This document shows positions 21,007-29,942 of a DNA stretch of 64,000 nucleotides, in pieces; the first letter of the stretch is position 1; each line of letters starts with the position of its first letter. Location: contig CAVXEP010000032.1 in NCBI GenBank assembly GCA_963760795.1, positions 1 through 64,000 of the forward strand, in the 5' to 3' direction. The stretch comes from an uncultured delta proteobacterium (GTDB lineage Bacteria; Desulfobacterota; Binatia; UBA9968). The notes below the pieces were generated by a model that worked only from the letters and a program-made list of their open reading frames with translations, was not told where the DNA came from and made no database searches. A program made the position numbers and the translations under genes.

Positions 21007-21425
21007 TGGCTGAAGCAAGAGCACCGCAAAAAAGTTTACCCAAGATCAACCCCGTCGACCGGCCGTTTTGGGAAGGGGCGGCGAAAAATAAATTTCTCCT
21101 GCAAAAATGCAACAGCTGCGCCAAGGTGCAGTTCTTTCCGCGCATCGCCTGTGTCGATTGCTTCGGCGAGATGAGTTGGATCGAGGCCAAAGGCACCGGC
21201 AAGATTCACAGCTTCACGCTGGTCCGGGTGCCGCGTAACCCGGCGTTCAAAGACGAGGTGCCGATTTATTACATCAACGTGATTCTCGACGAAGGCGTGA
21301 TCATCGAAAGCCGCCTGCTCGGCGACAACAAAGAAAAGGTCAAGATGGGCGACCGGGTCAAGGTGCGCTACGAGCAGACGCATAATCCGGAGATCAAGCT
21401 GCCGTGCTTTGAGTTGGTGGGGTGA
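21006..21425 (+). CDS. Zn-ribbon/OB-fold protein (DUF35 family)
   Basis: PFWEG, CxxC...PR..CxxC, GTGKIHSFT; overlaps the thiolase stop codon. Confidence 0.88.
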   Translation: MAEARAPQKSLPKINPVDRPFWEGAAKNKFLLQKCNSCAKVQFFPRIACVDCFGEMSWIEAKGTGKIHSFTLVRVPRNPAFKDEVPIYYINVILDEGVIIESRLLGDNKEKVKMGDRVKVRYEQTHNPEIKLPCFELVG

Positions 21426-21430
21426 GGGGA

Positions 21431-21517
21431 ATGGAATAAGTGGAGTGATGGGGCGATGGAGTAATGGGTTAAGACCGATCCCCAATACTCCAATACTCCA
21501 GTACTCCAACACTCCAA
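21431..21517. repeat. Family C hairpin (GGAGTAAT / CCAATACT octamers)
   Basis: tggagtgatggggcgatggagtaatggg ... cccaatactccaatactccagtactccaacactcca. Confidence 0.85.
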
Positions 21518-21558
21518 CTCTCGGTGAGTCCATTGCGCCAGGGTGAGAAGAAAACTCC

Positions 21559-22551
21559 GTGCACAAAAAAACCACTAGCCTAGCTCTATGTGCTCTGTTC
21601 TTTGCTCATAGTTTTCCCGCCACCGCGCAGCAGCCCATGAAGGTTCCGCAGATTGGGTATCTAGTGTCGAGCGATCGAGCTACTGAGTCCAGCCGTGCCG
21701 AGGCAATTCGGCTGGCTCTGCGCGAGCTTGGCTACGTAGAAGGCCAGAACATCGCCATCGAGTATCGATATGCGGAGAGCAAGCGCGAGCGACTCGCTAA
21801 GCTTGCGGCCGAGCTGGTGCGTCTCAAGGTTGATATTATCGTGGTAGCAGGAGGTATTCCGACGGTTCGGGCGGTCAAGAATGCGACCAAAACGATTCCC
21901 ATCGTTATGACGGGAGGTGGGGCCGATCCCGTCGAGACAGGTCTAGTTGACAGCCTTGCCCGTCCTGGCGGCAACATCACCGGCCTTACAAACCTTGGCA
22001 GAGACCTGGGCGGAAAGCGGTTGGAGCTGCTCAAGGAAGCGGTTACCAAAGTAGACCGTGTCGCGGTTCTCTACGATGCGGTCGATCCAGGCAGTATAAT
22101 CGAGGTGAAAGAGGTTCTTCCAGTCGCGGCGCGTGTGCTGCGATTGACTCTCCAGCCTTGGGAGGTACGAGTTGCGGACGATTTCGACAAGGTTTTTGCT
22201 GCGATGGGCAAGCAGCGCCCGGATGGACTTTACGTGCTCAGCGATCCGCTAATATCTGCTAACCAAAAACGGATCATCGGCCTTGCGTTAAAGAGCCGGT
22301 TACCGTCGATGTATGGCAGCAAACAGTTTGTGGAGGCCGGTGGTCTCATGTCCTACGGGGCTGACCAAGCGGAGAGCTATCGGCGCGTTGCTTATTACGT
22401 GGACAGAATTCTGAAGGGAGCCAAGCCCGCCGAACTGCCGGTGGAGCAACCGATGAAGTTCGAGTTCGTGATCAATCTCAAGACCGCGAAGCAGATCGGC
22501 CTGACGATTGCGCCGGAGGTGCTGGCGCGGGCGAGTCGGCTGATCCGATGA
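21559..22551 (+). CDS. ABC_sub_bind substrate-binding protein
   Basis: LGYVEGQNI, SLARPGGNITG, EQPMKFEFVINLKTA. Confidence 0.88.
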   Translation: MHKKTTSLALCALFFAHSFPATAQQPMKVPQIGYLVSSDRATESSRAEAIRLALRELGYVEGQNIAIEYRYAESKRERLAKLAAELVRLKVDIIVVAGGIPTVRAVKNATKTIPIVMTGGGADPVETGLVDSLARPGGNITGLTNLGRDLGGKRLELLKEAVTKVDRVAVLYDAVDPGSIIEVKEVLPVAARVLRLTLQPWEVRVADDFDKVFAAMGKQRPDGLYVLSDPLISANQKRIIGLALKSRLPSMYGSKQFVEAGGLMSYGADQAESYRRVAYYVDRILKGAKPAELPVEQPMKFEFVINLKTAKQIGLTIAPEVLARASRLIR

Positions 22552-22584
22552 AGAAGGCAACACGCAATGGTGGGGGTGGATAAG

Positions 22585-22737
22585 GGAGCGCGGGTTTTCC
22601 AACCCGCGATTAACCGCGGACAAGAATGTCCGCGCTCCAATGTTCGCCCGTTCGGAGGGCCGACACGCAGGTCGGCCCCTACACGGGTAGGACAAATTGT
22701 AAACGGCCCGCAGATCAAAATCACAAATCCAAAATCG
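22585..22737. repeat. Cluster of REP-like palindromes and a family B half copy
   Basis: ggagcgcggg..cccgcg / cgcggacaagaatgtccgcgctcc; gggccgacacgcaggtcggcccctac; aaaatcacaaatccaaaatc. Confidence 0.75.
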
Positions 22738-22755
22738 TAAGATTGGAGGAATGCC

Positions 22756-23733
22756 ATGAAAACGAGAGATAGGCGTTGGTGGCTTGCCATCTTTGTGGTC
22801 GCGGCATTGTTGCTGACCGTTCGCGCACAGGCGGCGCAAAAGGAACTACAAAAACTTACGGTCGGCTACACGCCGATTTCCGGCGCGTCGATACCATTGT
22901 TCATCGCTTTGGAGGAAAGACTTTTTCAGAAGTATGGCTACGATGTCAGCGGTATTTTCATGGGCGGCTCGCCGCTGATCAATTCGGCAATTCTCGCTGG
23001 GGAATTTCCGCTCGGCTACACCGGCGGCGGCGCGATCATTTCTAGCCGTCTCGGCGGCAGCGATCTGATTGCGATCGCATCGCCGTTACAAGTCTTAACC
23101 ATCGATGGTTGGGCTCGGCCGGAAATCAAAGCGATTGCCGATCTGCGCGGCAAAAGAGTTGGCGTGACCCGTTTTGGCGCGTCGACTTATTTCGCCGCTC
23201 TTTCGATGTTGGAGTCGGCTGGAGTCAAACCGGGCGAGGTTACGTTTATCCAAAATGGCGGTGTCGGCGAGTCCTTCGCGGCACTCGCGGGCGGTCGAGT
23301 CGATGTCTGCATGATCGGCTACCCCTTTGGCTTGCGCGCCAAAAACGCCGGGTTTCAGTTGCTCTTCCGGCCGTCGACGACCGAATACGGACTATTTCCA
23401 ACGGCCGCCATCGCGGCGCGAGACTCTTGGTTGAAGGATGCCAGGAACCGCAAGGTGGCGGTGGATTTTTTGCGCGCGCTTGGCGAAGGAGTTCAATTGG
23501 CCAGAGAAAACGCCGTCGTGACCAAGAAAGCGCTCAGGAAATTCACCAGAGTCAACGACGATGCCGACCTGCAAGGCAGCTACGAGTTCTACAAAGACGC
23601 TTTCCCCCGGACGCTGAGAGTCGAGGAGCAGGCGATGGCGAACGCGCAAAAGTTTGTCGAGCATCCCAAAGCGAAAGGCGCCGATGTGAAACAGTTTTAC
23701 GACAACAGTTTGGTTGAAGAGGCGATGAAGTAA
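22756..23733 (+). CDS. ABC substrate-binding protein, NMT1/SsuA-like
   Basis: Signal peptide, DLRGKRVGVTRFGAST. Confidence 0.85.
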   Translation: MKTRDRRWWLAIFVVAALLLTVRAQAAQKELQKLTVGYTPISGASIPLFIALEERLFQKYGYDVSGIFMGGSPLINSAILAGEFPLGYTGGGAIISSRLGGSDLIAIASPLQVLTIDGWARPEIKAIADLRGKRVGVTRFGASTYFAALSMLESAGVKPGEVTFIQNGGVGESFAALAGGRVDVCMIGYPFGLRAKNAGFQLLFRPSTTEYGLFPTAAIAARDSWLKDARNRKVAVDFLRALGEGVQLARENAVVTKKALRKFTRVNDDADLQGSYEFYKDAFPRTLRVEEQAMANAQKFVEHPKAKGADVKQFYDNSLVEEAMK

Positions 23734-23767
23734 TTTTGCGCGTGCTTTGCTCTGACGCCGTTGCAAT

Positions 23768-23800
23768 CCCTTACCCTTCCCTCTCCCAAGGGGCGAGGGT
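23768..23800. repeat. CCCTC..CCCTCTCCC palindromic repeat, copy 1
   Basis: cccttacccttccctctcccaaggggcgagggt; near-direct repeat of 25762-25794. Confidence 0.8.
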
Positions 23801-23872
23801 GAAGCTAGGAAAGAGATGGAGATGAAAAGGGAAACCGGTTTTGCAGACTCTTACTTCCTCTCCCTCTGGGAG

Positions 23873-23895
23873 AGACTTTCTATGAATCTTGTCAA
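23873..23895 (-). promoter_or_regulatory. Outward-facing -35 (TTGACA) half of the IS circle-junction promoter
   Basis: In the circle TTGACA(23895-23890) is 17 nt from TATATT(25392-25387). Confidence 0.75.
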
Positions 23896-23918
23896 TACTT
23901 TTTTTCTATAAAAATATT

Positions 23919-25145
23919 TCATGCCGCCTGACGCATCTTCTGAAGCGCGATGTTGGCCAGGTGAAATTGTTCATCGTAAGGCTTATGGTCACGCCACATC
24001 ACAAAGATAATCTTGAGCCACTTGGCGCCCAAGGCGCGCAACGCCTGAGGATGGTTATGGCCTTTATCCCTCTGGCCCCGGTAGTAGAGCTTGGCCCACT
24101 CACTGTTGTTGATCGAGACAAAGGAGAACCAGTACATCGAGTAGCGCAGATGTTTATTGCAAGCGAAGCGGAAAAGGACCGCATGACTTTTGCCACTGGC
24201 CTTAGTTACGGGCACCGCTCCCGCCTCGGCTTGGAGATGGCCGGCCGATTCCCAGCGACCCGCAGCATCGCCCAGTTCAGCCCAGATAGCCGCCACCAAG
24301 GTTCCGCTTTTCCCGCCCGGCAGAGTCGTGGCCAACTGGGCCGCCGGGCTAGAAGCGAAAAAACTCTCGACCTTGTGGTGGTAGGTCTTGACCGCTTTGA
24401 TCAAAGCCCTGAGCTGATCGATGAGGACCTCGACCAGTTGGGCTTTGGCTCTGACCACATGCTCGGGCACCGCCAGTTGCGGCTTTTGAAGCTGCTCCCA
24501 CAACTCCTCGCAGCGCTGTTTATTCACAGAATGCTGTTGGGTAGCAAACCGATTGAACTCTTTACGTTTAAGCGCGCTCAGATGAGCCGGGGTGGGATAG
24601 CGCGTGAGAAAATCCAGAGCCACCTCGGTCTCGATATTCTCAAAGGCGTCCAAGGGCCTGGGATAATACTCTTTGAGCGTGGTGGTGAGCTGGTTGAGCA
24701 ATCGGGTCTTGTGGCGCACCACGCGGCGCTGATCCCGACACAGCATTTTAAGCTCTTGGGCTTTCTCCGAGCTCGGTCGCAGCACTTTCAAGTGCGCCTG
24801 ATCGGTTCTGAGAAACTCCGCCAACACGTAGGCGTCAAAGGCATCGCTCTTCGAGCCGCTCATCCGATAGCGATCCCTGACCCGGTCCACCGCCTTGGGA
24901 TTGACCGGATAAACTTCCACGCCATGATCGAGCAGAAAGTCCACGATGCGCCCCGCCGGCTTCTCAATGGCTGCCCACAGCTCAAAGCCCTCGGCTCTTT
25001 GCTCATCGAGCCAGCGCCCGATCTCGGCCAGACCTTCGACGCTCTCTGGAACTTTCATCTCTCGTACCTTCTTGCCCTCCTCGTCCCCGACATACACCTG
25101 ATGCAAGCGGTCGCCCCAATCCACCCCTATGTAATATCGTTTCAC
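23919..25145 (-). CDS. IS110-family transposase / bridge recombinase
   Basis: RuvC-like DEDD (IGVDWG, AIEKP, KSDAFDA) and Tnp domain with serine (AGAVPVTKASGKS); GGAGG RBS. Confidence 0.93.
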   Translation of the reverse strand: MKRYYIGVDWGDRLHQVYVGDEEGKKVREMKVPESVEGLAEIGRWLDEQRAEGFELWAAIEKPAGRIVDFLLDHGVEVYPVNPKAVDRVRDRYRMSGSKSDAFDAYVLAEFLRTDQAHLKVLRPSSEKAQELKMLCRDQRRVVRHKTRLLNQLTTTLKEYYPRPLDAFENIETEVALDFLTRYPTPAHLSALKRKEFNRFATQQHSVNKQRCEELWEQLQKPQLAVPEHVVRAKAQLVEVLIDQLRALIKAVKTYHHKVESFFASSPAAQLATTLPGGKSGTLVAAIWAELGDAAGRWESAGHLQAEAGAVPVTKASGKSHAVLFRFACNKHLRYSMYWFSFVSINNSEWAKLYYRGQRDKGHNHPQALRALGAKWLKIIFVMWRDHKPYDEQFHLANIALQKMRQAA

Positions 25146-25184
25146 TGTCGGTCGTTCCTCCGTTATGTAATTCCAATCCCAATA

Positions 25185-25380
25185 GCTCTGAACGGAAAGT
25201 TAGCCTTATATCGGTCCTCCAAAAGGGGACGACTTTCTATTAAACTTCAAACCCGTTCTCCTACTGGCCGGGACAGTCTCTCCCTGATTCTCCCGGGAAT
25301 TGGATAAAGGTGGTCCTCAACCAGCAAGCTCTTGTTATCGGTCTCACATAACATGATCTCCTATAATGATTTTCTGCAAC
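25185..25380 (-). ncRNA. Predicted IS110 bridge RNA (boundaries approximate)
   Basis: Two stem-enclosed internal loops carry guides matching the target (25312-25302, 25284-25278) and the donor junction (25240-25231, 25211-25205). Confidence 0.8.
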
Positions 25381-25417
25381 GGTGTTAATATAAGGACAGA
25401 GGTGAGGGCTCTTCCGA

Positions 25418-25810
25418 ATGCTGCCGTATCCACTTAATCAAAAGACTCGCGCTCGTAGGCTGCGGAGCGATATTACCGACGCGGAGAAATATCTTTGGGC
25501 GGGCTTGCGTGACCGCCAATTGTGTGGCGCTAAATTCCGGCGGCAGCATCCCATTGGTCCTTTCATAACCGACTTTTGCTGTGTTGAGCGCGGTTTGGTG
25601 GTGGAACTCGATGGCGGTCAGCATGCGGAGCAAGGGGCGGCGGATCAACGAAGGACTGGTGCCATTGAAACGCAAGGCTATCGCGTCGTGCGCTTTTGGA
25701 ACAATGACGTTTTGACGAATCTTACAGGTGTGCTGGAGAGGATCAGCGAAGAGCTTAAGAGCCCTCACCCTTCCCTCTCCCAAAGGGCGAGGGTAAAAAG
25801 AGTTCCTTGA
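25418..25810 (+). CDS. DUF559 / Vsr-like endonuclease domain protein
   Basis: ARRLR..TDAE, KFRRQHPIGPFITDF, VELDGGQH, GYRVVRFWNNDV. Confidence 0.9.
   Translation: MLPYPLNQKTRARRLRSDITDAEKYLWAGLRDRQLCGAKFRRQHPIGPFITDFCCVERGLVVELDGGQHAEQGAADQRRTGAIETQGYRVVRFWNNDVLTNLTGVLERISEELKSPHPSLSQRARVKRVP
25762..25794. repeat. CCCTCACCC..CCCTCTCCC palindromic repeat, copy 3, overlapping the DUF559 3' end
   Basis: ccctcacccttccctctcccaaagggcgagggt. Confidence 0.8.
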
Positions 25811-25845
25811 TTGTAAGTGCAGCAAGACGAGCGAAGGGAGCGGCG

Positions 25846-26841
25846 ATGAAAAGATTTTTATTCTTGGCGATGGGTTTTTTTCTCTGCGCAATCCTTGTTC
25901 ATTCACAGGAGGTAATTGCCCAAACCAAACCCTTGCGCGAACTCAAGGTCGGTTATCCGCTGGGCGGGTCGGCGAGTTATTTTTGGGTGGCGCATAAGTC
26001 CGGGTCGTTTGAGAAACATGGCATCAAAGTTGAGCCCATCTACATTCGCGGTGGGCTTATGGGCATCCAGGCGGCAATTTCCGGTGACCTGTCGTTACAA
26101 TTGCAAGGCGCGTCGACGGTAGTCGCCGCCTGGGCACAGGGCGCCAAGGAGTTGCAGTTTATCGGCGCGGTCGGTAACCGCCTCGACTACATTCTGGCGG
26201 CGCATCCATCGATCAAACGGCCGGAGGATCTGAAAGGGAAAAGAATTGGTGTCAGCCAGTTGGGGTCGAGCACCGATTTTATCGCGCGGCTGGCGGCGCG
26301 GCGTTTAGGGCTGACTGCCGACAAAGATGTGCAAATAGTCGGCGTGGGCGGTCAGGGAGACCGCTGGACTGCGCTCATGGCGGGTCAAATTCACGCTACC
26401 GTGCTGCAATCGCCGTTCACGCTGAAGGCGCGCAAAGCGAACTATCCGGTCTTCCTCGACTTCTCCAAGGAAGATTTCGAGTACACCATCGCCGGCCCGC
26501 TGACGACTAGATCGTTCATTCGTTCCGACAGGGAGACCGTCATGAACTTCATGCGCGGATTGGCCGAGGGCATGGACTTTTACCGCGACGAAAAGAATAA
26601 GGATCGCGTGCATAAGTATCTCGGCGAATACTATCGCTCCAACGTGATCGAAGAGCTGGAAGAGACTCGCCGGACCTACAGTCAAGTCACCCCGGGGCTG
26701 CCGCTGATCACCGCCAAAGCAATGGAGAACGTGATTGCCAACGACAAAAATCTGGCGGGAACGAAATTGAACGTCGGTGAGCTATTGGATTTGTCTTTTC
26801 TCGAGCAACTGGCGCAGGAGCGAAAGGCGAAGGGGCGGTAG
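25846..26841 (+). CDS. ABC substrate-binding protein, NMT1/SsuA-like
   Basis: Signal peptide, DLKGKRIGVSQLGSST. Confidence 0.85.
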   Translation: MKRFLFLAMGFFLCAILVHSQEVIAQTKPLRELKVGYPLGGSASYFWVAHKSGSFEKHGIKVEPIYIRGGLMGIQAAISGDLSLQLQGASTVVAAWAQGAKELQFIGAVGNRLDYILAAHPSIKRPEDLKGKRIGVSQLGSSTDFIARLAARRLGLTADKDVQIVGVGGQGDRWTALMAGQIHATVLQSPFTLKARKANYPVFLDFSKEDFEYTIAGPLTTRSFIRSDRETVMNFMRGLAEGMDFYRDEKNKDRVHKYLGEYYRSNVIEELEETRRTYSQVTPGLPLITAKAMENVIANDKNLAGTKLNVGELLDLSFLEQLAQERKAKGR

Positions 26842-26860
26842 TATTCGGACTCGGAGGGAT

Positions 26861-26973
26861 TGGCCGCAAAGAGCGCAAAGGCCGCAAAAAAAGAGTCGGA
26901 ATTGGTAGGGGCGACCGGCTGGTCGCCCTTCTTCGTAATCCACCGCAAGAAAACTTGCGCGAGCCGCGAAAAC
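26861..26973. repeat. GCCGCAAAG-period repeat plus GTAG-type REP (26905-26928)
   Basis: Same composite layout as 18474 and 50666. Confidence 0.75.
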
Positions 26974-27065
26974 TTTGGGTTTCATGTTGCAAAGGACGCA
27001 TAAGATAAGTCCAATACGACCTATTCGTCGATCCAATTGAACAAAAACGGAAAGGTGGGAACAAG

Positions 27066-27863
27066 ATGGCTTTTGAAACGATTCTATTCGAAGTGCGCAA
27101 TCAGATCGCTTGGGTGACGTTTAACCGGCCCGAGTCGATGAACGCGGTTAACCGGCAAATGGCGCGTGAGCTGGTCGAGGCGTGCAAACAGATCGAGGAC
27201 GATGCGGCGATTCGCCTGGCGATCTTTACGGGCGCGGGGGAGCGGGCGTTTTCGGCTGGCATGGACTTGAAAGAGCGCGCCGAGAGCGCGGTTTCGCCGA
27301 TTGAACGGCGCGCCGCGAAGCTGTCTGGGACAACCATCAACTCGCAAAGCCGCGCGGTGGCCGCGCTGACCAAGCCGACCATCGCGGCGATCCGCGGCTA
27401 CTGCGTCGGCGGCGGTCTCGAATTCGCGCTCGCCTGCGACATGCGCATCGCCGCGGAAGACGCCAAGTTGGGGCTGGCTGAAGTGAAGCGCGGGATTATT
27501 CCCGGCGCTGGCGGGACCCAGCGGCTGGCGCGCACCGTCGGCGTGGCCAAGGCGCTGGAAATCTGCCTAACCGGCGACAATGTTAGCGGCGCGGAGGCGG
27601 AGAAACTGGGACTGGTCAACCATGCGGTCCCCGCGGCCGATGTCATGAAAGCGGCGGAAGATTTGGCCGGTCGCATCCTCAAAGGCGCGCCGATGTCGGT
27701 GATGTTCATCAAAGAAGCGATCACCAAAGGGGTGCAGTTGTCCATCGACGAAGGTTTTCGCTTGGAGTCGGATCTGTCAGCCTTGGTGGGAACGACGGAA
27801 GACAGCAAAGAAGGACCAAAGGCGTTCGCCGAAAAACGCGCGCCGGTGTGGAAGGGGAAATGA
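27066..27863 (+). CDS. Enoyl-CoA hydratase/isomerase
   Basis: FSAGMDL, GGGLEFALACD, GLAEVKRGIIPGAGGTQRL (both catalytic Glu present). Confidence 0.9.
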   Translation: MAFETILFEVRNQIAWVTFNRPESMNAVNRQMARELVEACKQIEDDAAIRLAIFTGAGERAFSAGMDLKERAESAVSPIERRAAKLSGTTINSQSRAVAALTKPTIAAIRGYCVGGGLEFALACDMRIAAEDAKLGLAEVKRGIIPGAGGTQRLARTVGVAKALEICLTGDNVSGAEAEKLGLVNHAVPAADVMKAAEDLAGRILKGAPMSVMFIKEAITKGVQLSIDEGFRLESDLSALVGTTEDSKEGPKAFAEKRAPVWKGK

Positions 27864-27866
27864 AGA

Positions 27867-27997
27867 ATTTTGGATTTTCGTCAGCGGGGCAGCTTTTGGA
27901 TTTTGGATTGGGAGACTAGGACATGACAAAGAAATTTCGGACTGGAATTCCGTGGCTTCGATCCGATAATCCAAAATCCAAAATCAAAAATCAAAAT
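27867..27997. repeat. Family B hairpin enclosing RBS and ATG 27923
   Basis: attttggattttcgtcagcggggcagcttttggattttggattg ... aatccaaaatccaaaatcaaaaatcaaaat. Confidence 0.85.
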
Positions 27998-28983
27998 GGT
28001 TGGGGCTTGTCACACTCGTTATCGCATTCGTAATCTGTGGGGTGGCGGCCGAGGCGCAGCAGCCGAAGAAAGTCTCTCGGTTAGGGTATCTATCAAATAC
28101 CGATGCAGCTACTGACTCCGCCCGCGCCGAGGGAATTCGGCTAGCTCTGCGCGAGCGTGGCTACATAGAAGGACAGAACATCGCCATCGAGTACCGATAT
28201 GCGGAGGGGAAGGTCGATCGGGCCCCTGAGCTTGCGGCGGAGCTGGTGCGTCTGAAGGTTGATATCATCGTGGTAGCGTCAGGGGACCAGTGGATCCGGG
28301 CGGCCAAGAATGCAACCAAGACGATTCCCATCGTTATGACGGGCCAAGGATCCGATCCTGTTAGGGCAGGCCATGTTGAAAGTCTTGCTCGTCCCGGCGG
28401 CAATGTCACCGGCCTCACAGCTCTTAACACAGAGCTAGGCGGGAAGCGGCTGGAGCTGCTCAAAGAAGCGGTACCCAAACTTTCCCGTGTCGCGGTTCTC
28501 TACGATCCGGCCATTCCGCAGAGTTTACACGAGGTGAAAGAGCTTCTCCCAGCCCACGCGCGTGCGCTAAAGTTGACTATTCAACCTTGGGAGATACGAG
28601 CGGTGGACGACTTCGAGAAGGTCTTTGCTGCGCTAAACAAGCAGCGCCCGGATGGACTCTACGTGATCACCGCGGGCGGGGTAATGCGTCCTAACCAAAA
28701 ACGAATCGTGGGCTTTGCGTTAAAGAGCCGGTTACCGTCAGTGTACATCAGCAGAGGGAATGTAGAGGCCGGTGGGCTCATGTTCTATCGGGCGGACGAA
28801 ACGGACAATTACCGGCGCGTTGCATATTTCGTGGACAGGATTCTGAAGGGCGCCAATCCTGCCGAACTGCCGGTGGAGCAGCCGATGAAGTTTGAGCTGG
28901 TGTTCAATCTTAAAACGGCGAAGCAGATTGGTCTGACTATTCCGCAGTCGTTGCTTTATCGGGCGGATAAAGTGATTAAATAA
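27923..28983 (+). CDS. ABC_sub_bind substrate-binding protein (1-nt indel near 27990; ORF track start 28000)
   Basis: MTKKFRTGIPWLRSDNPKSKIK parallels the leaders at 1326 and 2441; family motifs downstream. Confidence 0.85.
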
Positions 28984-29111
28984 TTTTGAATTTGCGTCCG
29001 CGGGGCAGCTTTTGGATTTTGGATTGGCGGATGGGCGCCATGATCGATTGCTAAAAATGTTCGAGTTCTTGCTTTCTGATAATCCAAAATCCAAAATCTA
29101 AAATCCAAAAT
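28982..29111. repeat. Family B hairpin, near-direct repeat of 27867-27997
   Basis: aattttgaatttgcgtccgcggggcagcttttggattttggattgg ... gataatccaaaatccaaaatctaaaatccaaaatgg. Confidence 0.85.
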
Positions 29112-29120
29112 GGAGGCAAG

Positions 29121-29939
29121 ATGGCAGACGAAAAAGTTCTCTACGAAGTCAAAGACAAGATCGCGTGGATCACGCTCAATCGGCCGGAGTCGTTGAACGC
29201 GGTGAACCGCGACATGGTGAAAGCGATCGTCGGCTACTGCCGTGACGCTGAGGATGATGCCAATGTTCAGATCGTGATCTTTAAGGCCAACGGCGAGCGG
29301 GCATTTTCCGTCGGCGGCGATATCAAAGACCGGGTGCGGCAAAATGCCGCCGAGGCGGCTGGGCCGGCGCCGTCGCCGCTGGTGGCGCGCCAGGAGAAAT
29401 ACAATGCGATCCCCGGCACGCCGGCGCCGGCGATCGCGGCGATGAATAAAATCACCATCGCGTTGCTGCATGGCTACACCGTCGGCACGGGATTGCTGAT
29501 GAGCATGGCTTGCGACATTCGCATCGCCGCCGAAGGGGCGCGGCTTGGTGTCAGTGAAGTGCGCCTCGGTTTCATGGCGGGTTCCGGCGGCACCCAGCGG
29601 TTGCCGCGGCTGGTCGGGTTGCCCAAAGCGCTGGAAATTTGCCTTTCCGGCGAATTGTACGACGCCGCCGAGTGCCACCGCATCGGCCTGGTCAATCAAG
29701 TGGTGCCTTACGACCAGTTGATTCCCGCCGGCGAAAAGATGGCCCAGTCGTTTCTCAAAGGCGCGCCGCTGGCGCTGCGTTACATTAAAGAAGCGATCTA
29801 CAAGGGGCTCGACATGCCATTCGAGCAAGGCCTGCGTTACGAGTCCGACTTACAAAGCATGGTGATGCAGACCGAAGACGCCAAGGAAGGGTCCAAGGCG
29901 TTTGTCGAAAAGCGCCCGGCGAACTGGAAGGGAAGATAA
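29121..29939 (+). CDS. Enoyl-CoA hydratase/isomerase, paralog of 27066
   Basis: LNRPESLNA, GVSEVRLG, GGTQRLPRLVG. Confidence 0.9.
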   Translation: MADEKVLYEVKDKIAWITLNRPESLNAVNRDMVKAIVGYCRDAEDDANVQIVIFKANGERAFSVGGDIKDRVRQNAAEAAGPAPSPLVARQEKYNAIPGTPAPAIAAMNKITIALLHGYTVGTGLLMSMACDIRIAAEGARLGVSEVRLGFMAGSGGTQRLPRLVGLPKALEICLSGELYDAAECHRIGLVNQVVPYDQLIPAGEKMAQSFLKGAPLALRYIKEAIYKGLDMPFEQGLRYESDLQSMVMQTEDAKEGSKAFVEKRPANWKGR

Positions 29940-29942
29940 CTG

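Larger units (their letters stand above)
23873..25394 (-). mobile_element. IS110-family insertion sequence bounded by a duplicated CT core (AG at 23873-23874 and 25393-25394 on +)
   Basis: Removing the element restores tcctctccctctgggag-AG-gacagaggtgaggg; no long terminal inverted repeats; AT-richer ends. Confidence 0.9.

Noticed and set aside
23889-25307. 472-aa plus-strand ORF over the IS110
   Set aside because: Antisense shadow of the transposase with no recognisable motifs.
27960-28000. Phase variation via heptamer slippage in the SBP leader
   Set aside because: The frame defect is one base next to an A run and the units are imperfect, so it is indistinguishable from the background indels.
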